The position numbers and the translations under genes were made by a program. Below are positions 43,926 to 54,131 of a stretch of 64,000 nt of DNA, in pieces. Position 1 is the first letter of the stretch. Every line of letters begins with the position of its first letter. The notes beneath the pieces were generated by a model, which was not told the DNA's origin, searched no databases, and saw only the letters and a program-made list of their open reading frames with translations. This stretch comes from an uncultured Nitrososphaeraceae archaeon (GTDB lineage Archaea; Thermoproteota; Nitrososphaeria; Nitrososphaerales; Nitrososphaeraceae), in contig CAVSMN010000013.1 of NCBI GenBank assembly GCA_963729045.1, positions 43,642 through 107,641 on the forward strand, in the 5' to 3' direction.

Positions 43926-44519
43926 TTATTGTTTATTGTTATTATTGTTATTATTGTTGCTACTTGAGTAGCCCGGATTCCTCTTTATTACATTTTTTCC
44001 CTTATCTGAAGGTATGATTTTCATTTTTTCATCCAAAAAACTCTTGTTAAACTGGTTGCCTTCAAATATTCTATCTAGAAAAATTGCTAATGCAGCAATT
44101 TCTGAGTGAGGTTGACTGCCGATTGCAATGTTATAATCAGCAAGAAAATAAACCTCTTTTGGAACCTTTTCTGCTCCAATTATGACTAATATTCTTTGAC
44201 TTAATTCTTTGATCTCTTTTATTTTTTGATTGATTGGCGCTCCATACATTGTAAGATGAACAACTTTGCCGCCATTTTCTTTCCATGTTTTCAGTATCTT
44301 TTTCCAATTGTCAATGATTTCAAGTCTAAATTCTTTTTCTCCTCCCCATCTTTTATTGACTTTATCTAGTGTTTTTTTTATTTCATCATCCACATCAGTC
44401 ATGTAGATTACTTCGCTTCCCATAGCCCTTGATACCAACACAGCGTGAGTAGTAGTTCTGTCATCTCTTACCAGTCTGTGTCCTATTCTAAGTACTGCTA
44501 CAGATGGTGGCATAGTCAT
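43926..44519 (-). CDS. trm56: tRNA (cytidine(56)-2'-O)-methyltransferase
   Basis: LRIGHR..RDDRTTTH, VHLTMYG, GAEKVP, QPHSEIAALAIFLD. Confidence 0.95.
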   Translation of the reverse strand: MTMPPSVAVLRIGHRLVRDDRTTTHAVLVSRAMGSEVIYMTDVDDEIKKTLDKVNKRWGGEKEFRLEIIDNWKKILKTWKENGGKVVHLTMYGAPINQKIKEIKELSQRILVIIGAEKVPKEVYFLADYNIAIGSQPHSEIAALAIFLDRIFEGNQFNKSFLDEKMKIIPSDKGKNVIKRNPGYSSSNNNNNNNNKQ

Positions 44520-44618
44520 TAGCTAATCTTCATCACGACCCCTGCTATCATCTTTTCAGTCACCAATGGAGATTTCTAAAAAAAATAACAAGATTACACT
44601 TTTGTTGCTTTTACTATT

Positions 44619-45134
44619 CTATTCTTCTACGTTCTCTTCATTGGGGTTTATAAATAGCGTTATTCCCAAAAACCGTTCAAGTTTCTTTGCTATAATTTCA
44701 TCAGGCCTTATCGAACCTGTTTCGATTTTCTTTATCAGCGTCACTTTTTCGTTAATTTTTTGTCCAAGTTGTTCGTGTGTTAGCCCCTTTTTACTCCTGG
44801 CATTTCTTATTAAAGATGGAAATTCCGGATCAAGAATCAGTTCATCAACCCAGTTGATTTTCTTTAAGGGTGGTGGTTTAATCTTTGGAGGTGCTCTTAT
44901 TTTTCTGGCATAAAGATTCTTTGAACCTTGTTGGGGGCCAGATGCAGGTTTGGGGGATAAATATCCTACAGGGGTTGTCACTTTTGGTGAACCTATGTTC
45001 TTTGAAACATTATTGGATTCTACTGCTTTGCCTCTTTTTGAACAAGACAAACAGACACTCATAATTGATTTCTCAATTATTACTTTCTTGCTTACCTCGG
45101 TATGTTTTCCGCATAATTCACAAAAAGAAGCCAT
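44619..45134 (-). CDS. mbf1: Archaeal multiprotein bridging factor 1 (Zn ribbon + HTH)
   Basis: CELCG...VC.SC, IR.AR..KGLT.EQL, KIETG..RP. Confidence 0.9.
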   Translation of the reverse strand: MASFCELCGKHTEVSKKVIIEKSIMSVCLSCSKRGKAVESNNVSKNIGSPKVTTPVGYLSPKPASGPQQGSKNLYARKIRAPPKIKPPPLKKINWVDELILDPEFPSLIRNARSKKGLTHEQLGQKINEKVTLIKKIETGSIRPDEIIAKKLERFLGITLFINPNEENVEE

Positions 45135-45165
45135 GTATGTACTAATCGGTTCTAATTTATTAGGA

Positions 45166-45227
45166 TTTGGCGTCTTTGTGCGTCTTTGGCGTCTTTGGCG
45201 TCTTTGGCGTCTTTGGCGTGTTTGGCG
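45166..45227 (+). repeat. 9-bp tandem repeat (tttggcgtc), about 7 copies
   Basis: Read directly; one copy has an extra t, the last copies are degenerate. Confidence 0.9.
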
Positions 45228-46161
45228 GCCTACTTTTCTCTGTTGTTCGTGTCTAGGTATATTGCAACTAACGAGAATTATCTACAACTAGGATGATTTC
45301 TAAGCATATACTCGATTTTGTTTACTGATATTTCATTTAATAGGCTGTCTGCTCATGGCTTATCCAAAATAAAATCAAATGACTGCATGATTTCTTCTAA
45401 CCTTTGATTTGTCCATACTGGATTGGTAGAATTAAAGAGTATTAATCTGTTAAAGGAGGTCACAGCCTACAGTATGTGGCATAAAAACAGAGGGTATTGA
45501 TATTGGTTTTATTTCTCTTCTTGCAGGCTGTAACAATAACCTTAGACATTTTCGCACCTGACCTGTAGGAATCCGGGTATACGTTTCACTATCGGATTTA
45601 TCTTTCATCTGACTGTCAAATTCTCTAATTGTACGTGATATGATGGTATATGATGGAAGCAAGATACACAGACCTGAAACTGTTAGTCTTTTAGACATTT
45701 ATAAATAGTTTAATATATTAACTATTTGGACTGTGTCCATATTCTTTGCTATATTTAATAAAAAGCGACACCAAGAGCATACCGTTGTATGTCATAATTA
45801 ACCAATAATATATGTATATACTTATCAATGATTTGCTTATATAACATTAGTATCCTTGGACCTGAAATATGATATGCAAAGAAGCAAGAAAACATTGAAC
45901 TTTTAATTAGTTTATACTAAGTTTTTGACATATTGGAAATAGTAAGGAAAATTATAAAAAACTATCATTATTGACGATATTTACATAATATAATCCAAAT
46001 ATTGTAAAAATTATGACTAATGATAAAATGTTGACAATTTTCAAGTTACAGGAGTGATTTGTTGAATGGCAAAATACTCTCCATCTTACTTCTCAGAGGT
46101 TCCTTACCAGTTAGCAATCCAGATGGTTTTTATTGTAGACATCTCTAGTTAGGTTGTTTAA

Positions 46162-46677
46162 TTGCAAAAGCTATTTCTAGATCCGTATCAGAAAATATGC
46201 TCTCATGTGGATTTTCTCTTTGGAAGGGATATCAGCTCAATTCTTCCAAAAGATTTAGAGCTTGAATATTCTAGAAAAACTGGGAAAATCAAGAGTTTTA
46301 GCATAGATGGAAAATTAATCGGAACCTTTCGAACTGATGGGGGAATTGCATTAACTATTGACGGTGCCAAACTTTTTCTAAAACAAAAGGGGTATCAATC
46401 CAATTGTGTTATACCTATTGAAGATGCCATACCTTTCGTATCCGAAGGTAGATCCCTCTTCGTAAAGCATGTGTTAAAATGTGGTGAGAACGTTAAAAGC
46501 GGGTCGGATGTTGCAGTAATAGACAAAAATCAATCTGTTTTGGCTGTAGGTCGATCTTTGTTGCCTTTTTCATACTATTTACAGTCATTAGATGATATTG
46601 CTGATCATAATATGGGCTCGCTTATCCGTGGTATAGGGATAAAAATTAGAGAAGGAATAAAAAGCAGAAGTACGTAG
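46162..46677 (+). CDS. PUA-domain RNA-binding protein (archaeosine TGT C-terminal-like)
   Basis: SRKTGKI, R.DG...LT..GA, GRSLFVKHV, LAVGR, KIREG. Confidence 0.85.
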   Translation: MQKLFLDPYQKICSHVDFLFGRDISSILPKDLELEYSRKTGKIKSFSIDGKLIGTFRTDGGIALTIDGAKLFLKQKGYQSNCVIPIEDAIPFVSEGRSLFVKHVLKCGENVKSGSDVAVIDKNQSVLAVGRSLLPFSYYLQSLDDIADHNMGSLIRGIGIKIREGIKSRST

Positions 46678-46685
46678 GGATTTCT

Positions 46686-47024
46686 ATGATGCGATCGGGC
46701 AATAGAGATATGCGCAGAATGCTTGACCGGATGGGTTTAGACATGAAAGATTTAGGTTCGGTAGAGGAAGTCATTATAAGAACCGATATGAAAGAAATAT
46801 TTCTTAAAAAACCCCAAGTTGTTGAAATGAAAGGCAAAGATAGTACTATTTTTCAGGTTATTGCTACCGATATCGAAGAAACTAACAGGGATGTTCCTTC
46901 TTTTAAGGAAGAAGATATTATTTTAGTTATGCAACAGGCAAATGTCTCAAAAGAAAAAGCGATCGTTGCTTTGACAGATACTAAGGGCGATATCGCACAA
47001 GCAATACTTAATTTGACAGTTTAA
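46686..47024 (+). CDS. nac: Nascent polypeptide-associated complex protein
   Basis: MRRML.RMG, EEVII, EDI.LV.QQA.VS...A..AL...GDIA.AI. Confidence 0.93.
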   Translation: MMRSGNRDMRRMLDRMGLDMKDLGSVEEVIIRTDMKEIFLKKPQVVEMKGKDSTIFQVIATDIEETNRDVPSFKEEDIILVMQQANVSKEKAIVALTDTKGDIAQAILNLTV

Positions 47025-47363
47025 CAAACGCTATCTCTTTATCAATTAATTAGGGATACGAAAAGACTCAAAATATTTAATTATATTATAATTTTAAAGA
47101 ATTATTAATAATTATTTGGAAATTATATGATGATTATTCCGATATTCGATTGATTTTTAGAAACATTGCATGTAAAAATGTTGTTTTTATTATCCGATTC
47201 TCATTACGCTAATAATCTGTGCCTTAACTTGAGGAAAGTCACTACGTGATTACATTTGGATTTGGATCGATTTGAAATTTGTGTAATTCTTGCATTTTGA
47301 TTACCTGAAAATTATACGTAATCTTTAATAGGCTTATAACATCACGCTAAAGTAGCAATAGAA

Positions 47364-48014
47364 ATGTTCAACTTAACAAGTTGTCCACCAGTTATTGTTG
47401 CGACAGTATCAGGCCGTTCCTATTATAAAATAACAAATGTTTTAAAGTCGCTTGACTTACGTTATTTGTCGTTATCACCTGAAGAAGCGGCGCTATCAAC
47501 CGGGAAAGTTATAATTACAACCATCGATGAATCCAAAATCGTAAATAGAGATAACATGTATTTGGATACCCAATTAGAAGAATTTCCTCTGTCCATAAAA
47601 GCAAAAATTCTACAAAATTGCATGGGCTACTTTGGTTCCTCTAAAGAACAATTGATAATCGGGATAGATCCTGGAAAAAGGATTGGCATTTCTATACTGT
47701 ACTGCTATTTCGAACTAGATAGGATAGTTTTGTCTTCGGTTAATTCCACAGTTGAAAAAATCAGTTTTGTTTTATCCTCAATCGAGTCTCCAACTAAAAT
47801 AGTTAGAATTGGTGATGGAAGCTTGGCTCTATCTCATCAAATAGCTGGAATTCTAAAATCGTATTTCAAAGACGAGGTAATTATTGAAATTGTAGACGAA
47901 TATGGAACCTCTATAAGACAAGGTACGGAAAAAAACCGAGGTGGGATCCGTGATATTAGCTCTGCTAGAAAAATTGCTTTTAGAAAGGGGAAAATATGGA
48001 ATAGTTGCAAATAG
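47364..48014 (+). CDS. Conserved hypothetical protein with RNase H-like (GIDPG...VDE.GTS) domain
   Basis: IIGIDPGKRIG, RIGDG, IVDEYGTS, RD..SA..IA. Confidence 0.75.
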   Translation: MFNLTSCPPVIVATVSGRSYYKITNVLKSLDLRYLSLSPEEAALSTGKVIITTIDESKIVNRDNMYLDTQLEEFPLSIKAKILQNCMGYFGSSKEQLIIGIDPGKRIGISILYCYFELDRIVLSSVNSTVEKISFVLSSIESPTKIVRIGDGSLALSHQIAGILKSYFKDEVIIEIVDEYGTSIRQGTEKNRGGIRDISSARKIAFRKGKIWNSCK

Positions 48015-48061
48015 CAGACCAGCATTAAGTTATTAATACCGTCTAGTTAATTTTATTTCAG

Positions 48062-48136
48062 GCGAGGTTGGCCCAGCCTGGTTAAGGTACGAGCTTCCCA
48101 AGCTCGGGATCGCGGGTTCAAATCCCGCACTTCGCA
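48062..48136 (+). tRNA. tRNA-Gly (anticodon CCC), intronless, CCA not encoded
   Basis: Acceptor GCGAGGT/ACTTCGC + discriminator A; anticodon arm CGAGC-TTCCCAA-GCTCG; T arm GCGGG-TTCAAAT-CCCGC. Confidence 0.95.
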
Positions 48137-48137
48137 C

Positions 48138-48145
48138 TTTTTTTT
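48138..48145 (+). terminator. Oligo-T archaeal terminator after the tRNA
   Basis: T8 run just after the tRNA 3' end. Confidence 0.65.
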
Positions 48146-48222
48146 GAGATTGATTTGAACCCGCTTGTCAAAATGGTGTACAAAAATTAATGTCGGATTC
48201 TTCTTTCCTGCTTGGTCACCTA

Positions 48223-49254
48223 CTATTTTACAGTCGACAAAAATGTTTCTATTACATTACCGACTTTCTCTGGATATTGATCTGGAACTGCATGACCAGC
48301 GTCTTTTATCTGTACAAGCCAGGCTCCTGGAACTTTACTTGCAATGACTAAAGAGTTTTCATGTGGGACGTAGAGATTATCGTCTGTTCCTGCTATAACT
48401 AACAGAGGCTTGTTTATCTTTGCAAGGTCGTCACAAGCACCATTCCAGTCGGAAGCCACCCAAGCAAATCCAGCTTCCTTCTGATTGTTCAATGTTTCAG
48501 CGGAAAGACTAGGTTTCATTTCCTGGAATGTGATGTTTTCTGGAATCGCTGCAGATTCTGGGTGTAGTTTTATCCAACCCGGTCCTAATGAGGCCGTTAC
48601 AAGCGACTTCATTTCATCCTGAGATACAGGTATATTATTTTGGGTTTTGTTTACAATACCTGCTTGTAATTTGTCAAACTCAGCAGGTCGAGGTATACCA
48701 TCTTTCCCACCACAGGAACCCGCAATAAGTACAATGCTACTAACCTTATCAGGATGCGTAATTGCAAATTGTTGCGTTATGTATGTACCCAAAGAATATC
48801 CAAGAACGTTTGCTTGTTGTATTTTCAAAGCATCCATTAAACCCGCAGTATCATTACCAAGTAATTGTATAGAATACGGTTCGGTCCCTGCAGTGGTATT
48901 TCCGATTCCACGACTGTCAAAAATAATTACCGTATGATTTGACGCTAGTCTAGTTAGAAGGGCTGGATCCCATGCATCCATATTATCAGAAGCACCATTA
49001 TGAAGTATCAAGGGATCTCCTTTACCAAACATTTTATAAGCCATTTCAATATCTCCAACATGGACTTTTTCTAATGGAATGTCTTGTATGTTTACCAAAT
49101 TGTTAGTATTGGTGGAGTTGGCCTGAGTAGCATTTGTTTGACCGTCTACTATATTAGTAAAACCGTTAACCCTAGTCATACTTGAGAAAATTAGAATAGC
49201 TAAAACCGCTACTATGAAAAGATAATCTTTTCTTATCTTGCTATTACTATACAT
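48223..49254 (-). CDS. Secreted alpha/beta hydrolase, paralog 1
   Basis: N-terminal TM, FDSRGIG, GYSLG nucleophile elbow, DAGH; start at 49254 supported by TATA spacing. Confidence 0.9.
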   Translation of the reverse strand: MYSNSKIRKDYLFIVAVLAILIFSSMTRVNGFTNIVDGQTNATQANSTNTNNLVNIQDIPLEKVHVGDIEMAYKMFGKGDPLILHNGASDNMDAWDPALLTRLASNHTVIIFDSRGIGNTTAGTEPYSIQLLGNDTAGLMDALKIQQANVLGYSLGTYITQQFAITHPDKVSSIVLIAGSCGGKDGIPRPAEFDKLQAGIVNKTQNNIPVSQDEMKSLVTASLGPGWIKLHPESAAIPENITFQEMKPSLSAETLNNQKEAGFAWVASDWNGACDDLAKINKPLLVIAGTDDNLYVPHENSLVIASKVPGAWLVQIKDAGHAVPDQYPEKVGNVIETFLSTVK

Positions 49255-49275
49255 AAGCACTTTCATTTGAGGAAG

Positions 49276-49283
49276 TATATAAA
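49276..49283 (-). promoter_or_regulatory. TATA box (TTTATATA) of hydrolase paralog 1
   Basis: Same motif at the same 22-nt offset from the ATG in all three paralogs (also 55209-55216 and 63529-63536). Confidence 0.7.
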
Positions 49284-49350
49284 GAGGGTGAAGTCTTGTA
49301 AGAAGATTATCTTGGTCAAATTATCACTCTAATACCAAAAACTAGTGATA

Positions 49351-49423
49351 GAGGAATCGAAGGTTCTCTTCTCCAACAATAATCAAAGGGATTTAAATCC
49401 TCATGGTGAACCCGTTCACCATG
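49351..49423. repeat. Degenerate tRNA-derived site with two palindromes
   Basis: gaggaatcgaaggttctc resembles gagggatcgcgggttctc; ggatttaaatcc; catggtgaac-cc-gttcaccatg. Confidence 0.55.
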
Positions 49424-49685
49424 CGACCTGGAAACCATGATATCAAATTAATTTATTGTGTTTTATGTAATCCTTTAGAATTTGTACAAAAAGAGATTTG
49501 AGTCTCATAAGTGGGGGATCTCAATAACATTTGCAGAGATATATCTGGTTTGCAGGCTAAAAAGCGTATTAATCTATAAAACCATGCTGCTCTAAACCGA
49601 CTGTCCCTACATCAAAAAATCCACTCTATTATACTCACTATATCACATCATATAGTTGACATCTTCAGAATCAGCCTCGATTTCA

Positions 49686-50963
49686 TTACCGTGCTTCTTG
49701 ATTGACCTCTCTTGCGGGAGATGTGAGCCATTCATACATATCCTGTAATACATATTCTTCCATTTGATGACCACCTGAGGTTACCCATTGATTGCTAGGA
49801 ATAAAATTATGCCCAAGATCTGGATAAACAATAATTTGATGGTCAGGATGATTTACTTCTGTTAATCTTTGTTGTAATAACAATGCTTGTTGAAGAGGGG
49901 TTTGACTATCATTTTGCCCTTCTAGGGTAAGTATACTAATATTTGAAGATACGTTCCCTATCATGCCGATGACGCTAGGGAGGGCAGAAAAAGATTTTCC
50001 AATACTAGGACAACCAATTACGCTTACGCATTTGGCTGACAGCATTGAGGTATTTGGTGATGTATCATTTTCATATCCTCTTACAAGTGCAGGCTTTAGC
50101 ACACCTTCAATACTAATCAAGTCATCACTCGTGTTGTTTTTTTGTTCAGGTAAAATATCGGTGCCATTATTACCGGTAACGTGAGTCGGGTTAAGAAGAA
50201 GTTGAGTTAGGTTTCCACCAACCAACTTTTGAAAGATAGGATCTTTTGATGCTTCCTTCACTGAGATCTGTCCAGGATGACCTTTATCTAATATGTTCTC
50301 AGCATAAAGAATAGGATTAGCGACTTCTTGGAAATATATAATATCAGTCCATTTTTCAGCTACTGGAGCCATTAGGACTATATTTCTGACTTTATCGGGG
50401 TTTTCGGCGGCAATTCTTGGAGGGAAGGTAGTACCCTCACTGTGTCCAATCAAAGTAACCTTTTTAGTTGCATTTACTTCAGGTTGTTGTAATAGTACTG
50501 ATAAAGCCTTCTCAGCATCATGCTTCAGATTGTCAAATGTAAGATTGCCCCATGCATTACTATCTGATATCGTGAGATACGACCCCACACCCCTCTTGTC
50601 ATATTTAAGAACGGCAAATCCTCTCTCTGCGAGATACTCAGCTAGATGTCCATAGAATATTACCTTGCCATATGACGGTGTAATTACTGAACCAGCACCA
50701 GCGCCCGGAAAGATAATTACACCAGGGTATGGTCCTTTTCCAATAGCAGGAAAAATCAATTGAGCGTTGGTCTTTAATCCATTATCAAGATCAATAGTCA
50801 GATTTCTATATTTGACCGTTTGAATATCATGTTGTGCCAATGCATTCTGAAACACAGACGAACCAGACGATAATAAATAAGTCACTAAAATTAAAAATGT
50901 ACCAAAAAATATTCCAAAAACTATTAAGGGTTCTCGCTTAAATCTTATTAAAAGCAATAACAT
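49686..50963 (-). CDS. Secreted alpha/beta hydrolase (serine aminopeptidase S33-like)
   Basis: N-terminal TM, GFAVLKYDKRGVG, GHSEG, G.ND.Q, YPDLGH. Confidence 0.88.
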   Translation of the reverse strand: MLLLLIRFKREPLIVFGIFFGTFLILVTYLLSSGSSVFQNALAQHDIQTVKYRNLTIDLDNGLKTNAQLIFPAIGKGPYPGVIIFPGAGAGSVITPSYGKVIFYGHLAEYLAERGFAVLKYDKRGVGSYLTISDSNAWGNLTFDNLKHDAEKALSVLLQQPEVNATKKVTLIGHSEGTTFPPRIAAENPDKVRNIVLMAPVAEKWTDIIYFQEVANPILYAENILDKGHPGQISVKEASKDPIFQKLVGGNLTQLLLNPTHVTGNNGTDILPEQKNNTSDDLISIEGVLKPALVRGYENDTSPNTSMLSAKCVSVIGCPSIGKSFSALPSVIGMIGNVSSNISILTLEGQNDSQTPLQQALLLQQRLTEVNHPDHQIIVYPDLGHNFIPSNQWVTSGGHQMEEYVLQDMYEWLTSPAREVNQEAR

Positions 50964-51120
50964 TAGTAATAAACCCTCTATATATAAACAAACAATGATT
51001 TTTAGAATAAAAGTCAGTCAACTTCGGTGAAAAACAAATCTTCATCCTTTCCGTATCATCTCCAATAGTATTCTTCTTGCTCAAATCAAAAATAATCCGG
51101 AAAGGATCTTTAAAATGAGT

Positions 51121-51229
51121 AGGATCTCGTGGTCCTTTATTTTATTATCGGGATTTGAACTTTACAATAAAACGGAGGGATCGCGGGTTCAAATCCCGCA
51201 CTTCGCACTTTTAACGCGGGATTTAACCC
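51121..51229 (+). repeat. Composite site: 31-nt tRNA-Gly 3' copy (51177-51207) with flanking inverted T-arm copies
   Basis: gggatcgcgggttcaaatcccgcacttcgca identical to 48106-48136; cgggatttgaac at 51149; cgcgggattt at 51215. Confidence 0.92.
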
Positions 51230-51728
51230 TTGAATTCTAAAATCTCATCGAAAGCATTGTTCAGAATTTTTGTGTTCTAACTATCTTACTCAATATTTTT
51301 AATTGTCTATCATTGTTTGGTAGACCTCGTAAAAAATTCAAATGGTCAAACCCACCTTCCATAACCATGATAATCTTCAGACCATAAGAAAATTTACATG
51401 GAATGACATATGATCTACAGATTACAACTTTGACTTATCTACCACAATGGATGTAGCAATTATACTCACTGATTATTATGGCGTTTGCAGCGGCCGAATT
51501 TAATCATGTTTTATTAAATCATCAAATAGTTCAGCATTATGTAATTCAGAGTAGACTAGTAATATATAGACATGGTAACAATCAGATCACCTATTCAATA
51601 TATTCCATTTAAATTCGTTAATCAGATACAAACCAGAACGCAATATTTAATTCTTATATAAATTTGATCTATAACAAATTTATCAAATAGATATTATACA
51701 GAAATGAGATTACGATTGTAACATAAAT

Positions 51729-53382
51729 ATGCATAGTGATAATTCAAATCGAAAATTATCTACTAAATCGTTAATGTTACTATCCTTGATACTTATCGTA
51801 TCTGTTTCCATGTTTAGTTCACCCTCATTATCTAGTTTAATGTATTCTCTCCCAAGTCCCTCTTCACAATTAAGATTACAACAGGCATTTGCTCAAAATG
51901 GGGAGGACAATGATGAAAGCGATAGCAGTAGTGAAAGCGATAGCAGTAGTGAAAGCGATAGCAGTAGTGAAAGCGATAGCAGTAGTGAAAGCGATAGCAG
52001 TAGTGAAAGCGATAATCCAGACTCTACGAACCCCACAAACTCTGCACCACCACCACCAACCAGCTCAGACTCTACAGCCTCGGCGGCCACTGATCCATCT
52101 TTATCACCATCTCCAATAACTACAATCCCACCAACATTACAAAATCCCGCTACTCTAACCGATAACGATGACAATTCTTCATCCTCTTCCCCGAATGATA
52201 ATAATGGAGAACAAGAATTGGATTGTGATGATATCTCTGATATGAGATTTCATAGTATCCTCTAATGATCCAAATGGATTTGATCAAGATAATGATGGTA
52301 TAGGTTGTGAAAGCAACGGTGGAAATAGTAATGGAAATGTGACTACCTCCTACTCCTGTAGGGGAATGATGAAGGACCAGATGGAGATTGCTTGTTTAAT
52401 CCTGATTTACCAAAATGTGCTTCTGTTGATGGAGAATGTCCTGATGGATTCTTTCAAAATGAGGATGAACAATGTGTTCCAGATCATCGTGACGGCTGTC
52501 CAGATGGATATCATTCAGTGTAGATGATGATGAAACTGGGCGATGTATTCCAGATTCAGACGGATGTCCAGCAGGGAATGATATTTAGACCTGACCGGAA
52601 AAACCTGTGGCTACAAGGACGATATATGCAAACAAAATCCAGGTCTTGATGATTGTGTAGAAACACCTGATGAATGCGATAATAATAGAGATGATGATAG
52701 TGATGGCTTAACTGATTCTGAAGATCCAGATTGTGGACAACAACAATGCGACCCATCATATCCAAATAATTGCATCCCCTCCCCTCCGCCCGATCTCGAC
52801 TGTGACCAAGGTGGAGACCTTGAGGATGACGAGATTCCTTACCATAACTTCAAGGTAAATGGGCCCGACCCACACGGTTTTGATGGAAATGATAACGACG
52901 GTATTGGATGTGAAACAAATGATAATGACGATAATGATAATGATAATAACGGTAATTCAGATGTGATCAGAGCTTCACAAGATACTTGCGATGATATCTC
53001 TGATACTATAGACCTATACCCTGGTCAACTAGATTCTGAACGTGTGAAAATTATTGCATATTTTGAGGACTGCAAATTAGATGAGGCCTCATTGAAGTTA
53101 AACCTCGTTGGAGATGATGATCTCAAACTAGTCGCTGCAAACTTTGAGGATGGTGAATCAGACGCCGTAGAGGTTGAATTAGAGCCTGTGGATGATGAGG
53201 ATTCTTCAGATAATTCACTATATGAAGCAACTATTTCTGGCACTCAGGAAGGATTAGACTTGGAAACCGGTGAATCTAAAACGATTAGCAACGTGAATGG
53301 AATAGTGTTATGGAATAATGGCGATGATCCAATACAATTTGCTGAAAATAATTCCATAGAATTTGACATTGATTTCGACTGA
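51729..53382 (+). CDS. Large secreted acidic Cys-rich (excalibur-like Ca-binding) protein, several frameshifts
   Basis: Signal peptide, ESDSSS repeats, DPNGFDQDNDGIGCE / DPHGFDGNDNDGIGCE and CDPSYP..CIP.PPPDLDC motifs across frames. Confidence 0.65.
51915..52014 (+). repeat. 18-bp tandem repeat x5.5 (ESDSSS)
   Basis: gaaagcgatagcagtagt read directly. Confidence 0.95.
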
Positions 53383-53456
53383 AGAAGTATCATGGTTGGA
53401 ACCGATCTCTCCTTTATTATCTGATCCAACTTACTATCTTTGAATCAAGGCTTGGT

Positions 53457-53786
53457 GCGGCCGAAACAAATGAACAAACAGATCTTACGTTTCAATTGAC
53501 AGTCACTAATGAAGAAGGTATATCGAGTGAACCAGATGAAGTGATAATAACCATAAATCCTGTTAATACTCCACCACCACCAAATGAAGACCCAAAGACA
53601 ACTGGTGACTTTATCAAAGGTATTATTCAGAATCCATTGAATGTGACAAACTCTATAGATGCTGCAAACCAGATAAAGAACTTACTGTCATATAACAATC
53701 CGAGAAATGACAGGTCGGTCTGTAATTTACTTGATGAACTAGGTAAAGAACAAATGTATAATGTCGGAAACTTGTTGAACTGCTAG
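53457..53786 (+). pseudogene. 3' remnant of a PKD-domain surface protein gene
   Basis: AAETNEQTDLTFQLTVTNEEG.SEPD matches the gene region at about 62053-62135; no 5' part present. Confidence 0.7.
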
Positions 53787-53955
53787 AATGATGGAGAGTT
53801 ATTAGTATGGAGATTGTTTCATTACTCTTCAATCTTATTGGCGAAAGAGGTCGAATCAAAACTTACGCGTATCAATACTGAGTATGCCCTGAAGATCTAC
53901 AGGTCAGTTTGATAGTGAAACCATACATTCTTGATAAATTAATTAAAAGAATATT

Positions 53956-54080
53956 GCGAGGTTGGCCCTTTACGAAGTGGCGGGATCATATCACTATTAA
54001 TATATTTTTGTTTTATGCGAAGGGATCGCGGGTTCAAATCCCGCACTTCGCACTTTTTTTTGAGATTGATTTGAACCCGC
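53956..54080 (+). repeat. tRNA-Gly 5' 13-mer (53956-53968) + 31-nt 3' copy (54022-54052) + inverted T-arm (54069-54080)
   Basis: Exact matches to 48062-48074 and 48106-48136. Confidence 0.92.
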
Positions 54081-54131
54081 TTGTCAAGATGGTGTACAAA
54101 AATTAATGTCGGATTCTTCTTTCCTGCTTGG

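Noticed and set aside
44566..45291. Plus-strand ORFs 44566..44913 and 44950..45291 (LWR repeats)
   Set aside because: Antisense to mbf1 and driven by the 9-bp repeat.
45450..45698. 82 aa minus-strand ORF
   Set aside because: No recognisable family; it could be a real or frameshifted gene but the sequence alone does not support a call.
43926..48014. trm56, the PUA protein or the RNase H-like ORF as the machinery of the tRNA array
   Set aside because: They look like ordinary core genes on the chromosomal side of the tRNA. None shows tyrosine- or serine-recombinase motifs, and proximity alone is not evidence.
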